Source: Azolla caroliniana
Lineage: Eukaryota > Plantae > Polypodiophyta
Length of the DNA: 64,000 nucleotides
Direction: 5' to 3'
Assembly (NCBI GenBank): GCA_043228905.1
Contig: JBHGNT010000008.1
Coordinates: 62,001 to 126,000, forward strand
Within the stretch, counting starts at the first letter, position 1, and the number at the start of each line of letters is the position of its first letter. The translations under genes were made by a program, and so were the position numbers. The notes below the pieces were generated by a model, which searched no databases, was not told where the DNA came from, and was given only the letters and a program-made list of their open reading frames with translations. This document shows positions 40,801 to 54,197 of the stretch, piece after piece.

Positions 40801-42400
40801 CATGTGATATCGGATTTTAGTGTACAAACATTTGAATCGAAGCTTACAATGTTAGCTATCATATGGAATTAAAAAATAAGGATTTTGAAAGTCACGTTGA
40901 GAGACATGAAGAAATAACCAAATTTGCGGAGGGAGTTGAGAAGAGCCCGAGAGTAAATTAAAATGTTCATACCTGGCCCATGTGATATCCGATTTTTGTG
41001 TTCAAACATACGAATCGAAGCTAACAAGGCTAGCTATGATATCGAATTAAAAAATCAAGGTTTTGAAACTCAGGTCAAGAGACATGAAGAAATTACCAAA
41101 TTAAAGGAGGGATTGAGAAGAGCGCTTGAGTAAATTAAAATGTTCATACCTGGCCCATGTGATATAGGATTTTAGTGTTCAAACATGCGAATCGAAGCTA
41201 ACAATGCTACCTATGATATGAACTTAAAAAATAAATCTTTTGAAACTCATGTCGAAAGACATGAAGAAATTACCAAATTAGAGGAAGGAGTAGAGAAGAG
41301 GCCGAGTGTAAATTAAAATGTTCATAACTGGCCCATTGAATATCGGATTTTAGTGTTCAAACAGGCGAATCGAAGCTAACAATGCTAGGTATGATATGGA
41401 ATTAAAAAATCAAGATTTTGAAACTCAGGTCGAGAGACATGAAGATATTCCCAAATTAGAGGAGGCATTGAGAAGAGCCCGAGAGTAAATTAAAATGTTC
41501 ATACCTGGCCCATGTGATATCGGATTTTAGTGTTCAAACATGGGAATCTAAGCTAACAATGCTAGCTATGATATAGTATTAAAAAATCAATGTTTTGAAA
41601 CTCAAGTCGAGAGACATGAAGAAATTACCAAATTAGAGGAGGGAAGTAGAGAAGAGGCCGAGAGTAAATTAAAATGTTCATACCTGGCCCATGTGATATC
41701 GGATTTTTGTGTTCAAACATGCGAATAGAAGCTAACAATGCTACCTATGATATGGAATTAAAAAATGAAGCTTTTGAAACTCAGCTCGAGAGACATGAAG
41801 GAATTACCAAATTTGAGGAGGGAGTTGAGAAGAGCCCGAGAGTAAATTAAAATGTTCATACCTGGCCCATGTGATATCGGATTTTTGTGTTCAAACATAC
41901 GAATCGAAGCTAACAAGGCTAGCTATGATATCGAATTAAAAAATCAAAGTTTTGAAACTCAGGTCAAGAGACATGAAGAAATTACCAAATTAATGGAGGG
42001 ATTGAGAAGAGCGCATGAGTAAATTAAAATGTTCATACCTGGCCCATGTGATATAGGATTTTAGTGTTCAAACATGCGAATCGAAGCTAACAATGCTACC
42101 TATGATATGAACTTAAAAAATAAATCTTTTGAAACTCATGTTGAAAGACATGAAGAAATTACCAAATTAGAGGAAGGAGTAGAGAAGAGGCCGAGAGTAA
42201 ATTAAAATGTTCATAACTGGCCCATTGAATATCGGATTTTAGTGTTCAAACAGGAGAATCGATGCTAACAATGCTAGCTATGATATAGAATTAAAAAATC
42301 AAGATTTTGAAACTCAGCTCGAGAGACATGAAGAAATTACCAAATTAGACGAGGGATTGAGAAGAGCCTGAGAGTAAATTAAAATGTTCATACCTGGCCC
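31900..42400 (+). repeat. Mixed 5-mer (888 bp) / 6-mer (1067 bp) HORs forming a 1955-bp 11-mer
   Basis: Marker CATAACT lies at 32082, 33149, 34037, 34925, 35992, 36880, 37947, 39014, 39547, 40435, 41323 and 42212. ORF pairs 34426/36381 and 35097/37052 are 1955 apart. Confidence 0.85.
32464..32479 (+). repeat. Interstitial plant telomeric motif (TTTAGGG)2TT replacing part of a monomer
   Basis: Sequence reads GATTTTAGGGTTTAGGGTTGCG where sister monomers read GATTTTAGTGTTCAAATATGCG. Confidence 0.85.
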
Positions 42401-45400
42401 ATGTGATATCGGATTTTATAGTTCAAACATGGGAATCGAAGCTAACAATGCTAGCTATGATATAGTATTAAAAAATCAATGTTTTGAAACTCAGGTCGAG
42501 AGACATGAAGAAATTACCAAATTAGAGGAGGGAAGTAGAGAAGAGGCCGAGAGTAAATTAAAATGTTCATACCTGGCCCATGTGATATCGGATTTTTGTG
42601 TTCAAACATGCGAATAGAAGCTAACAATGCTACCTATGATATGGAATTAAAAAATGAAGCTTTTGAAACTCAGGTCGAGAGACATGAAGAAATTACCAAA
42701 TTTGAGGAGGGAGTTGAGAAGAGCCCGAGAGTAAATTAAAATGTTCATACCTGGCCCATGTGATATCGGATTTTTGTGTTCAAACATACGAATCGAAGCT
42801 AACAAGGCTAGCTATGATATCGAATTAAAAAATCAAAGTTTTGAAACTCAGGTCAAGAGACATGAAGAAATTACCAAATTAATGGAGGGATTGAGAAGAG
42901 CGCATGAGTAAATTAAAATGTTCATACCTGGCCCATGTGATATAGGATTTTAGTGTTCAAACATGCGAATCGAAGCTAACAATGCTACCTATGATATGGC
43001 ATTAGAAAATCAAGCTTTGGAAACTCAGGTCGAGAGATATGAAGAAATTACCAAATTAGAGGAGGGAGTTGAGAAGAGCCCGAGAGTAAATTAAAATGTT
43101 CATACCTGGCCCATGTGATATCGGATTTGAGTGTTCAACCATGCGAATCGAAGCTAACAATGCTAGCTATGATATGGCATTAGAAAATCAAGCTTTGGAA
43201 ACTCAGGTCGAGAGATATGAAGAAATTACCAAATTAGAGGAGGGAGTTGAGAAGAGCCCGAGAGTAAATTAAAATGTTCATACCTGGCCCATGTGATATC
43301 GGATTTTTGTGTTCAAACATGCGAATTGAAGCTAACAATGCTACCTATGATATGGAATTAAAAAATGAAGCTTTTGAAACTCAGGTCGAGAGACATGAAG
43401 AAATTACCAAATTTGAGGAGGGAGTTGAGAAGAGCCCGAGATCAAATTAAAATGTTCATACCTGTCCCATGTCATATCGGATTTTAGTGTTCAAACATTT
43501 GAATCGAAGGTTACAATGTTAACAATCATATCGAAGTAAAAAATAAGGATTTTGAAAGTCACGTTGAGAGACATGAAGAAATAACCAAATTTGAGGAGGG
43601 AAGTAGAGAAGAGGCCGAGAGTAAATTAAAATGTTCATACCTGGCCCATGTAATATCGGATTTTAGTGTTCAAATATGCGAATCGAAGCTAACAATGCTA
43701 GCTATGATATGGAATTAAAAAATCAAGATTTTGAAAGTCACGTTGAGAGACATGAAGAAATAACCAAATTTGAGGAGGGATTGAGAAGAGCCCGAGAGTA
43801 AATTAAAATGTTCATACCTGGCCCATGTGATATCGGATTTTAGTGTTCAAACATACGAATCGAACCTAACAAGGCTAGCTATGATATCGAATTAAAAAAT
43901 CAAGGTTTTGAAACTCAGGTCGAGAGACATGAAGAAATTACCAAATTAAAGGAGGGATTGAGAAGAGCGCATGAGTGAATTAAAATGTTCATACCTGGCC
44001 CATGTGATATAGGATTTTAGTGTTCAAACATGCGAATCGAAGCTGACAATGCTACCTATGATATGGACTTAAAAAATAATTCTTTTGAAACTCATGTCGA
44101 AAGACATGAAGAAATTACCAAATTAGAGGAAGGAGTAGAGAAGAGGCCAAGAGTAAATTAAAATGTTCATAACTGGCCCATTGAATATCGGATTTTAGTG
44201 TTCAAACAGGCGAATCGAATCTAACATGGCTAGCTATGATATGGAATTAAAAAATCAAGATTTTGAAACTCAGGTCGAGAGACATGAAGAAATTACCAAA
44301 TTAGAGGAGGGATTGAGAAGAGCCCGAGAGTAAATTAAAATGTTCATAACTGGCCCATTGAATATCGGATTTTAGTGTTCAAACAGGCGAATCGAATCTA
44401 ACAATGCTAGCTATGATATGGAATTAAAAAATCAAGATTTTGAAACTCAGGTCGAGAGACATGAAGAAATTACCAAATTTGAGGAGGGAGTTGAGAAGAG
44501 CCCGAGAGAATTAAAATGTTCATACCTGGCCCATGTGATATCAGATTTTAGTGTTCAAACATAAGAATCGAAGCTAACAAGGCTAGCTATGATATAGAAT
44601 TAAAAAATATAGGTTTTCAAACTCAGGTCAAGAGACATGAAGAAATTCCCAAATTAGAGGAGGGAGTAGACAAGAGCCCGAGAGTAAATTAAAATGTTTA
44701 GACTTGGCCAATGTGATATCGGATTTGAGTGTTTAAACATGCGAATGGAAGCTAACAAAGCTACCTATGATATGGAATAAAAAATCAAGATTTTCAAACT
44801 CAGGTCGAGAGACATGAAGAAATTACCAAATTTGAGGAGGGAGTTGAGAAGAGCGCGTGAGTAAATTAAAATGTTCATACCTGGCCCATGTGATATAGGA
44901 TTTTAGTGTTCAAACATGCGAATCGAAGCTAACAATGCTAGCTATAATATGGAATTACAAAATCAAGATTTTCAAACTCAGGTCGAGAGACATGAAGAAA
45001 TTCCAAAATTAGAGGAGGGAGTAGAGAAGAGCCCGAGAGTAAATTAAAATGTTCATACCTGGCCCATGTGATATCGGATTTTAGTGTTCAAACATACAAA
45101 TCGAAGCTAACAAGTCTAGCTATGATATCGAATTAAAAAATCAAGGTTTTGAAACTCAGGTCGAGAGACATGAAAAAATTACCAAATTAGAGGAGGGCGT
45201 AGAGAAGAGGCTGAGAGTAAATTAAAATGTTCATACCTGGCCCATGTGATATCGGATTTTAGTGTTCAAATATGCGAACCGAAGCTAACAATGCGAGCTA
45301 TGTTATGCAGATCAAAAATCAAGATTTTGAAACTCAGGTCGAGAGACATGAAGAAATTCCAAAATTAGAGGAGGGAGTAGAGAAGAGCCCGAGAGTAAAT

Positions 45401-46294
45401 TAAAATGTTTATACCTGGCGCATGTGATATCGGATTTTTGTGTTCAAACATGTGAATCGAAGCTAGCAAAGCTACCTATGATATGGAATTCAAAAATCAA
45501 GCTTTTGAAACTCACGTCAAGAGACATGAAGAAATAACCAAATTTGAGGAGGGAGTTGAGAAGAGCCCGAGAGTAAATTAAAATGTTCATACCTGGCCCA
45601 TGTGATATCGGATTTTAGTGTTCAAACATGAGAATCGAAGCTAAGAATGTTAGCTATGATATGGAATTAAAAAATCAAGGTTTTGAAACTCAGGTCGAGA
45701 GACATGAAGAAATTACCAAATTAGAGGAGGGAGTAGAGAAGAAGCCGAGAGTAAATTAAAATGTACATACCTGGCGCATGTGATATCGGATTGTAGTGTT
45801 CAAACATGCGAATCGAAGCTAACAATGCTAGCTATGATATAGAATTAAAAAATCAAGATTTTGAAACTCAGGTCGAGAGATATGAAGAAATTACCAAATT
45901 AGAGGAGGGAGTTGAGAAGAGCCCGAGAGTAAATTAAAATGTTCATACCTTGCCCATGTGATATCGGCTTTTTGTGTTCAAACATGCGAATCGAAGCTAA
46001 CAATGCTACCTATGATATGGAATTAAAAAATCAAGCTTTCGAAACTCAGGTCGAGAGACATGAAGAAATTACCAAATTAGAGGAGGGAGTTGAGAAGAGC
46101 CCGAGAGTAGATTAAAATGTTCATACCTGTCCCATGTGATCTTGGATTTTAGTGTTCAAACATTTGAATCTAAGCTTAAAATGTTAGCTATCATATGGAA
46201 GTAAAACATAAGGATTTTGAAACTCACGTTCAGAGACATGAAGAAATAACCAAATTTGAGGAGAGAGTTGAGAAGAGCCCAAGAGTAAATTAAA

Positions 46295-47135
46295 ATGTTC
46301 ATACCTGACCGATATGATATCGGATTTTTGTTTTCAAATATGCAATTGGAAGCTATCAAAGCTACCTATGATATGCAATTAAAAAATCAAGATTTTGAAA
46401 CTCAGGTCGAGAGACATGAAGACATTCCCAAATTTGAGGAGGGAGTATAGAAGAGCCCGAGAGTAAATTTTAGTGTTCATACCTGGCCCATGTGATATCG
46501 GATTTTAGTGTTCAAACTTGCGAATGGTAGCTAACAAAGCTACCTATGATATGGAATTAAAAAATCAAGATTTTGAGACTCAGGGCGCGAGAAATGAAGA
46601 AATTACCAAATTTGAGGAGGGAGTTGAGAAGAGCGCGTGAGTAAATTAAAATGTTCATACCTGGCCCATGTGATATCGGATGTTAGTGTTCAAATATGCG
46701 AATGGAAGCTAACAAAGGTACCTATGTTATGGATTTCAAAATACAAGATTTTGAAACTCAGGTTGAGAGACATGAAGACATTCCCAAATTAGAGGAGGGA
46801 GTAGAGAGGAGCCCGAGAGTAAATTAAATGTTCATACGTGGCCCATGTGATATCGGATTTTATTGTTCAGCCATGCGAATTAAAGCTAACGAAGCTACCT
46901 ATGATATGGAATGAAAAAATCAAGATTTTGAAACTCAGGTCGAGAGATATGACAAAATTCCCGAATTAGAGCAGGGAGTAGAGAAGAGCCCGAGAGTAAA
47001 TTAAAATGTTTAGACTTGGCCAATGTGATATCGGATTTTAGTGTTTAAACATGCGAATGGAAGCTAACAAAGCTACCTATGATATGGAATAAAAAATCAA
47101 GATTTTGAAACTCAGGTCGAGAGACATGAAGAAAT
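46295..47135 (+). repeat. ~0.85-kb long-range copy of ~20585-21425
   Basis: The private variants CAATTGGAAGCTATC (20631/46343), GAATGGTAGC, TTAAATGTTCATACGTGG, TTCAGCCATGCGAATTAAAGCTAACG and TTAGAGCAGG recur in the same order at offset ~25712. Confidence 0.88.
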
Positions 47136-48429
47136 TACCAAATTTGAGGAGGGAGTTGAGAAGAGCCCGAGAGTAAATTAAAATGTTCATACCTTGCCCA
47201 TGTGATATTGGCTTTTTGTGTTCAAACATGCGAATCGAAGCTAACAATGCTACCTATGATATGGAATTAAAAAATCAAGCTTTCGAAACTCAGGTCGAGA
47301 GACATGAAGAAATTACCAAATTTGAGGACGGAGTTGAGAAGAGCCCGAGAGTAGATTAAAATGTTCATACCTGGCTCATGTGATATCGGATTTTAGTGTT
47401 CAAATATGCGAACCGAAGCTAACAATGCGAGCTATGTTATGCAGATCAAAAATCAAGATTTTGAAACTCAGGTCGAGAGACATGAAGAAATTCCAAAATT
47501 AGAGGAGGGAGTAGAGAAGAGCCCGAGAGTAAATTAAAATGTTCATACCTGGCCCATGTGATATCGGATTTTTGTGTTCAAACATGCGAATTGAAGCTAA
47601 CAATGCTACCTATGATATGGAATTAAAAAATGAAGCTTTTGAAACTCAGGTCGAGAGACATGAAGAAATTACCAAATTAAAGGAGGGATTGAGAAGAGCG
47701 CATGAGTAAATTAAAATGTTCATACCTGGCCCATGTGATATAGGATTTTAGTGTTCAAACATGCGAATCGAAGCTAACAATGCTACCTATGATATGGAAT
47801 TAAAAAATCAATCTTTTGAAACTCATGTCGAAAGACATGAAGAAATTGCCAAATTAGAGGAAGGAGTAGAGAAGAGGCCAAGAGTAAATTAAAATGTTCA
47901 TAACTGGCCCATGTGAGATCGGATTTTAGTGTTCAAACAGGCGAATCAAAGCTAACAATGCTAGCAATGATATGGAATTAGAAAATCAAGATTTTGAAAC
48001 TCAGGTCGAGAGACATGAAGAAATTACCAAATTAGAGGAGGGATTGAGAAGAGGCCGAGAGTAAATTAAAATGTTCATAACTGGCCCATTGAATATCGGA
48101 TTTTAGTGTTCAAACAGGCGAATCGAAGCTAACAATGCTAGCTATGATATGGAATTAAAAAATGAAGCTTTTGAAACTCAGGTCGAGAGACATGAAGAAA
48201 TTACCAAATTAGAGGAGGGATTGAGAAGAGCCCGAGAGTAAATTAAAATGTTCATACCTGGCCCATGTGATATCGGATTTTAGTGTTCAAACATGAGAAT
48301 CAAAGCTAAGAATGTTAGCTATGATATGGAATTAAAAAATCAAGGTTTTGAAACTCAAGTCGAGAGACATGAAGAAATTACCAAATTAGAGGAGGGAGTA
48401 GAGAAGAAGCCGAGAGTAAATTAAAATGT

Positions 48430-50870
48430 TCATACCTGGCCCATGTGATATCGGATTTTAGTGTTCAAATATGCGAATCGAAGCTAACAATGCTAGCTAT
48501 GATATGGAATTAAAAAATCAAGATTTTGAAAGTCACGTTGAGAGACATGAAGAAATAACCAAATTTGAGGAGGGATTGAGAAGAGCCCGAGAGTAAATTA
48601 AAATGTTCATACCTGGCCCATGTGATATCGGATTTTAGTGTTCAAACTTGCGAATCGAAGCTAGCAAAGCTACCTATGATATGGAATTCAAAAATCAAGC
48701 ATTTGAAACTCACGTCAAGAGACATGAAGAGATAACCAAATTTGAGGAGGGAGTTGAGAAGAGCCCGAGAGTAAATTAAAATGTTCATACCTGGCCCATG
48801 TGATATCGGATTTTTGTGTTCAAACATGCGAATTGAAGCTAACAATGCTACCTATGATATGGAATTAAAAAATGAAGCTTTTGAAACTCAGGTCGAGAGA
48901 CATGAAGAAATTACCAAATTTGAGGAGGGAGTTGAGAAGAGCCCGAGATCAAATTAAAATGTTCATACCTGTCCCATGTGATATCGGATTTTAGTGTTCA
49001 AACATTTGAATCGAAGCTTACAATGTTAGCTATCATATGGAAGTAAAAAATAAGGATTTTGAAAGTCACGTTGAGAGACATGAAGAAATAACCAAATTTG
49101 AGGAGGGAAGTAGAGAAGAGTCCGAGAGTAAATTAAAATGTTCATACCTGGCCCATGTGATATCGGATTTTAGTGTTCAAATATGCGAATCGAAGCTAAC
49201 AATGCTAGCTATGATATGGAATTAAAAAATCAAGATTTTGAAAGTCACGTTGAGAGACATGAAGAAATAACCAAATTTGAGGAGGGATTGAGAAGAGCCC
49301 GAGAGTAAATTAAAATGTTCATACCTGGCCCATGTGATATCGGATTTTAGTGTTCAAACTTGCGAATCGAAGCTAGCAAAGCTACCTATGATATGGATTT
49401 CAAAAATCAAGCATTTGAAACTCACGTCAAGAGACATGAAGAAATAACCAAATTTGAGGAGGGAGTTTAGAAGAGCCCGAGAGTAAATTAAAATGTTCAT
49501 ACCTGGCCCATGTGATATCGGATTTTTGTGTTCAAACATGCGAATTGAAGCTAACAATGCTACCTATGATATGGAATTAAAAAATGAAGCTTTTGAAACT
49601 CAGGTCGAGAGACATGAAGAAATTACCAAATTTGAGGAGGGAGTTGAGAAGAGCCCGAGATCAAATTAAAATGTTCATACCTGTCCCATGTGATATCGGA
49701 TTTTAGTGTTCAAACATTTGAATCGAAGCTGACAATGTTAGCTATCATATGGAAGTAAAAAATAAGGATTTTGAAAGTCACGTTGAGAGACATGAAGAAA
49801 TAACCAAATTTGAGGAGGGAAGTAGAGAAGAGTCCGAGAGTAAATTAAAATGTTCATACCTGGCCCATGTGATATCGGATTTTAGTGTTCAAATATGCGA
49901 ATCGAAGCTAACAATGCTAGCTATGATATGGAATTAAAAAATCAAGATTTTGAAAGTCACGTTGAGAGACATGAAGAAATAACCAAATTTGAGGAGGGAT
50001 TGAGAAGAGCCCGAGAGTAAATTAAAATGTTCATACCTGGCCCATGTGATATCGGATTTTAGTGTTCAAACTTGCGAATCGAAGCTAGCAAAGCTACCTA
50101 TGATATGGAATTCAAAAATCAAGCATTTGAAACTCACGTCAAGAGACATGAAGAGATAACCAAATTTGAGGAGGGAGTTGAGAAGAGCCCGAGAGTAAAT
50201 TAAAATGTTCATACCTGGCCCATGTGATATCGGATTTTTGTGTTCAAACATGCGAATTGAAGCTAACAATGCTACCTATGATATGGAATTAAAAAATGAA
50301 GCTTTTGAAACTCAGGTCGAGAGACATGAAGAAATTACCAAATTTGAGGAGGGAGTTGAGAAGAGCCCGAGATCAAATTAAAATGTTCATACCTGTCCCA
50401 TGTGATATCGGATTTTAGTGTTCAAACATTTGAATCGAAGCTTACAATGTTAGCTATCATATGGAAGTAAAAAATAAGGATTTTGAAAGTCACGTTGAGA
50501 GACATGAAGAAATAACCAAATTTGAGGAGGGAAGTAGAGAAGAGTCCGAGAGTAAATTAAAATGTTCATACCTGGCCCATGTGATATCGGATTTTAGTGT
50601 TCAAATATGCGAATCGAAGCTAACAATGCTAGCTATGATATGGAATTAAAAAATCAAGATTTTGAAAGTCACGTTGAGAGACATGAAGAAATAACCAAAT
50701 TTGAGGAGGGATTGAGAAGAGCCCGAGAGTAAATTAAAATGTTCATACCTGGCCCATGTGATATCGGATTTTAGTGTTCAAACTTGCGAATCGAAGCTAG
50801 TAAAGCTACCTATGATATGGAATTCAAAAATCAAGCATTTGAAACTCACGTCAAGAGACATGAAGAAATA
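48430..50870 (+). repeat. 712-bp tetramer HOR, ~3.4 near-identical copies
   Basis: ORF-track repeats at 48642/49354/50066 and 49037/49749/50461 are 712 apart. Monomers measure 178+178+179+177. Confidence 0.9.
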
Positions 50871-53800
50871 ACCAAATTAAAATGTTCATACCTGGCCCAT
50901 GTGATATCGGATTTGAGTGTTCAAACATGTGAATCGAAGCTAACAATGCTAGCTATGATATGGCATTAGAAAATCAAGCTTTGGATACTCAGGTCAAGAG
51001 ATATGAAGAAATTACCAAATTAGAGGAGGGAGTTGAGAAGAGCCCGAGAGTAACTTAAAATGTTCATACCTGGCCCATGTGATATCGGATTGTAGTGTTC
51101 AAACATGCGAATTGAAGCTAACAATGCTACCTATGATATGGAATTAAAAAATGAAGCTTTTGAAACTCAGGTCGAGAGACATGAAGAAATTCCAAAAAAA
51201 AAGGAGGGAGTAGAGAAGAGCCCGAGAGTAAATTAAAATAGGCGAATCGAAGCTAACAATGCTAGCTATGATATGGAATTAGAAAATCAAGATTTTGAAA
51301 CTCAGGTCGAGAGACATGAAGAAATTACCAAATTAGAGGAGGGATTGAGAAGAGCCTGAGAGTAAATTAAAATGTTCATACCTGGCCCATGTGATATTGG
51401 ATTTTATTGTTCAAACATGGGAATCGAAGCTAACAATGCTAGCTATGATATAGAATTAAAAAATCAATGTTTTGAAACTCAGGTCGAGAGACATGAAGAA
51501 ATTACCAAATTAGAGGAGGGAAGTAGAGAAGACGCCGAGAGTAAATTTAAATGTTCATACCTGGCCCATGTGATATCGGATTTTAGTGTTCAAATATACG
51601 AATCGAAGCTAACAATGCGAGCTATGTTATGGAAATCAAAAATCAAGATTTTCAAACTCAGGTGGAGAGACATGAAGAAATTCCAAAATTAGAGGAGGGA
51701 GTAGAGAAGAGCCCGAGAGTAAATTAAAATGTTCATACCTGGCCCATGTGATATCGGATTTTAGTGTTCAAACTTGGGAATCGAAGCTAGCAAAGCTACC
51801 TATGATATGGAATTCAAAAATCAAGCATTTGAAACTCACGTCAAGAGACATGAAGAAATAACCAAATTTGAGGAGGGAGTTGAGAAGAGCCCGAGAGTAA
51901 ATTAAAATGTTCATACCTGGCCCATGTGATATCGGATTTTTGTGTTCAAACATGCGAATTGAAGCTAACAATGCTACCTATGATATGGAATTAAAAAATG
52001 AAGCTTTTGAAACTCAGGTCGAGTGACATGAAGAAATAACCAAATTTGAGGAGGGAGTTGAGAAGAGCCCGAGAGTAAATTAAAATGTTCATACCTGGCC
52101 CATGTGATATCGGATTTTTGTGTTCAAACATACGAATCGAAGCTAACAAGGCTAGCTATGATATCGAATTAAAAAATCAAGGTTTTGAAACTCAGGTCGA
52201 GAGACATGAAGAAATTAACAAATTAAAGGAGGGATTGAGAAGAGCGCATGAGTAAATTAAAATGTTCATACCTGGCCCATGTGATATAGGATTTTAGTGT
52301 TCAAACATGCGAATCGAAGCTAACAATGCTACCTATGATATGGACTTAAAAAATAAATCTTTTGAAACTCATGTCGAAAGACATGAAGAAATTACCAAAT
52401 TAGAGGAAGGAGTAGAGAAGAGGCCGAGAGAAAATTAAAATGTTCATAACTGGCCCATTGAATATCGGATTTTAGTGTTCAAACAGGCGAATCGAAGCTA
52501 ACAATGCTAGCTATGATATGGAATTAAAAAATCAAGATTTTGAAACTCAGGTCAAGAGACATGAAGAAATTACCAAATTAGAGGAGGGATTGAGAAGAGC
52601 CTGAGAGTAAATTAAAATGTTCATACCTGGCCCATGTGATATCGGATTTTATTGTTCAAACATGGGAATCGAAGCTAACAATGCTAGCTATGATATAGAA
52701 TTAAAAAATCAATGTTTTGAAACTCAGGTCGAGAGACATGAAGAAATTACCAAATTAGAGGAGGGAAGTAGAGAAGACGCCGAGAGTAAAGTAAAATGTT
52801 CATACCTGGCCCATGTGATATCGGATTTTAGTGTTCAAATATGCGAATCGAAGCTAACAATGCGAGCTATGTTATGGAAATCAAAAATCAAGATTTTCAA
52901 ACTCAGGTGGAGAGACATGAAGAAATTACCAAATTTGAGGAGGGAGTTGAGAAGAGCCCGAGATCAAATTAAAATGTTCATACCTGTCCCATGTGATATC
53001 GGATTTTAGTGTTCAAACATTTGAATCGAAGCTTACAATGTTAGCTATCATATGAAAGTCAAAAATAAGGATTTTGAAAGTCACATTGAGAGACATGAAG
53101 AAATAACCAAATTTAAGGAGGGAGTTGAGAAGAGCCCGAGAGTAAATTAAGATGTTCATACCTGGCCCATGTGATATCGGATTTTAGTGTTCAAACATAC
53201 GAATCGAAGCTAACAAGGCTAGCTATGATATCGAGTTAAAACATCAAGGTTTTGAAACTCAGGTCGAGAGACATGAAGAAATTACCAAATTAGAGGAGGG
53301 AGTAGAGAAGAGCCCGAGAGTAAATTAAAATGTTCATACCTGTCCCATGTGATATCCGATTTTAGTGTTCAAACATTTGAATTGAAGCTTACAATGTTAG
53401 CTATCATATGGAAGTAAAAAATAAGGATTTTGAAACTCACGTTGAGAGACATGAAGAAATAACCAAATTTGAGGAGGGAGTTGAGAAGAGCCCGAGAGTA
53501 AATTAAAATGTTCATACCTGGCCCATGTGATATCGGATTTTAGTGTTCAAATATGCGAATCGAAGCTAACAATGCGAGCTATGTTATGGAATTAAAAAAT
53601 CAATGTTTTGAAACTCAGGTCGAGAGACATGAAGAAATTACCAAATTAGAGGAGGGAGTAGAGAAGAGCCCGAGAGTAAATGAAAATGTTCATACCTGTC
53701 CCATGTGATATCCGATTTTAGTGTTCAAACATTTGAATTGAAGCTTACAATGTTAGCTATCATATGGAAGTAAAAAATAAGGATTTTGAAACTCACGTTG

Positions 53801-54197
53801 AGAGACATGAAGAAATAACCAAATTTGAGGAGGGAGTTGAGAAGAGCCCGAGAGTAAATTAAAATGTTCATACCTGGCCCATGTGATATCGGATTTTATT
53901 GTTCAAACATGGGAATCGAAGCTAACAATGCTAGCTATGATATAGAATTAAAAAATCAATGTTTTGAAACTCAGGTCGAGAGACATGAAGAAATAACCAA
54001 ATTAGAGGAGGGAAGTAGAGAAGACGCCGAGAGTAAATTAAAATGTTCATACCTGGCCCATGTGATATCGGATTTTAGTGTTCAAATATGCGAATCGAAG
54101 CTAACAATGCGAGCTATGTTATGGAAATCAAAAATCAAGATTTTGAAACTCAGGTGGAGAGACATGAAGAAATTCCAAAATTAGAGGAGGGAGTAGA

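Noticed and set aside
44500-44515. Isolated 1-2 bp indels (e.g. ~3690, ~7160, ~13235, ~22138, ~44508)
   Set aside because: They are singletons, often in homopolymers, and cannot be told apart from sequencing error.
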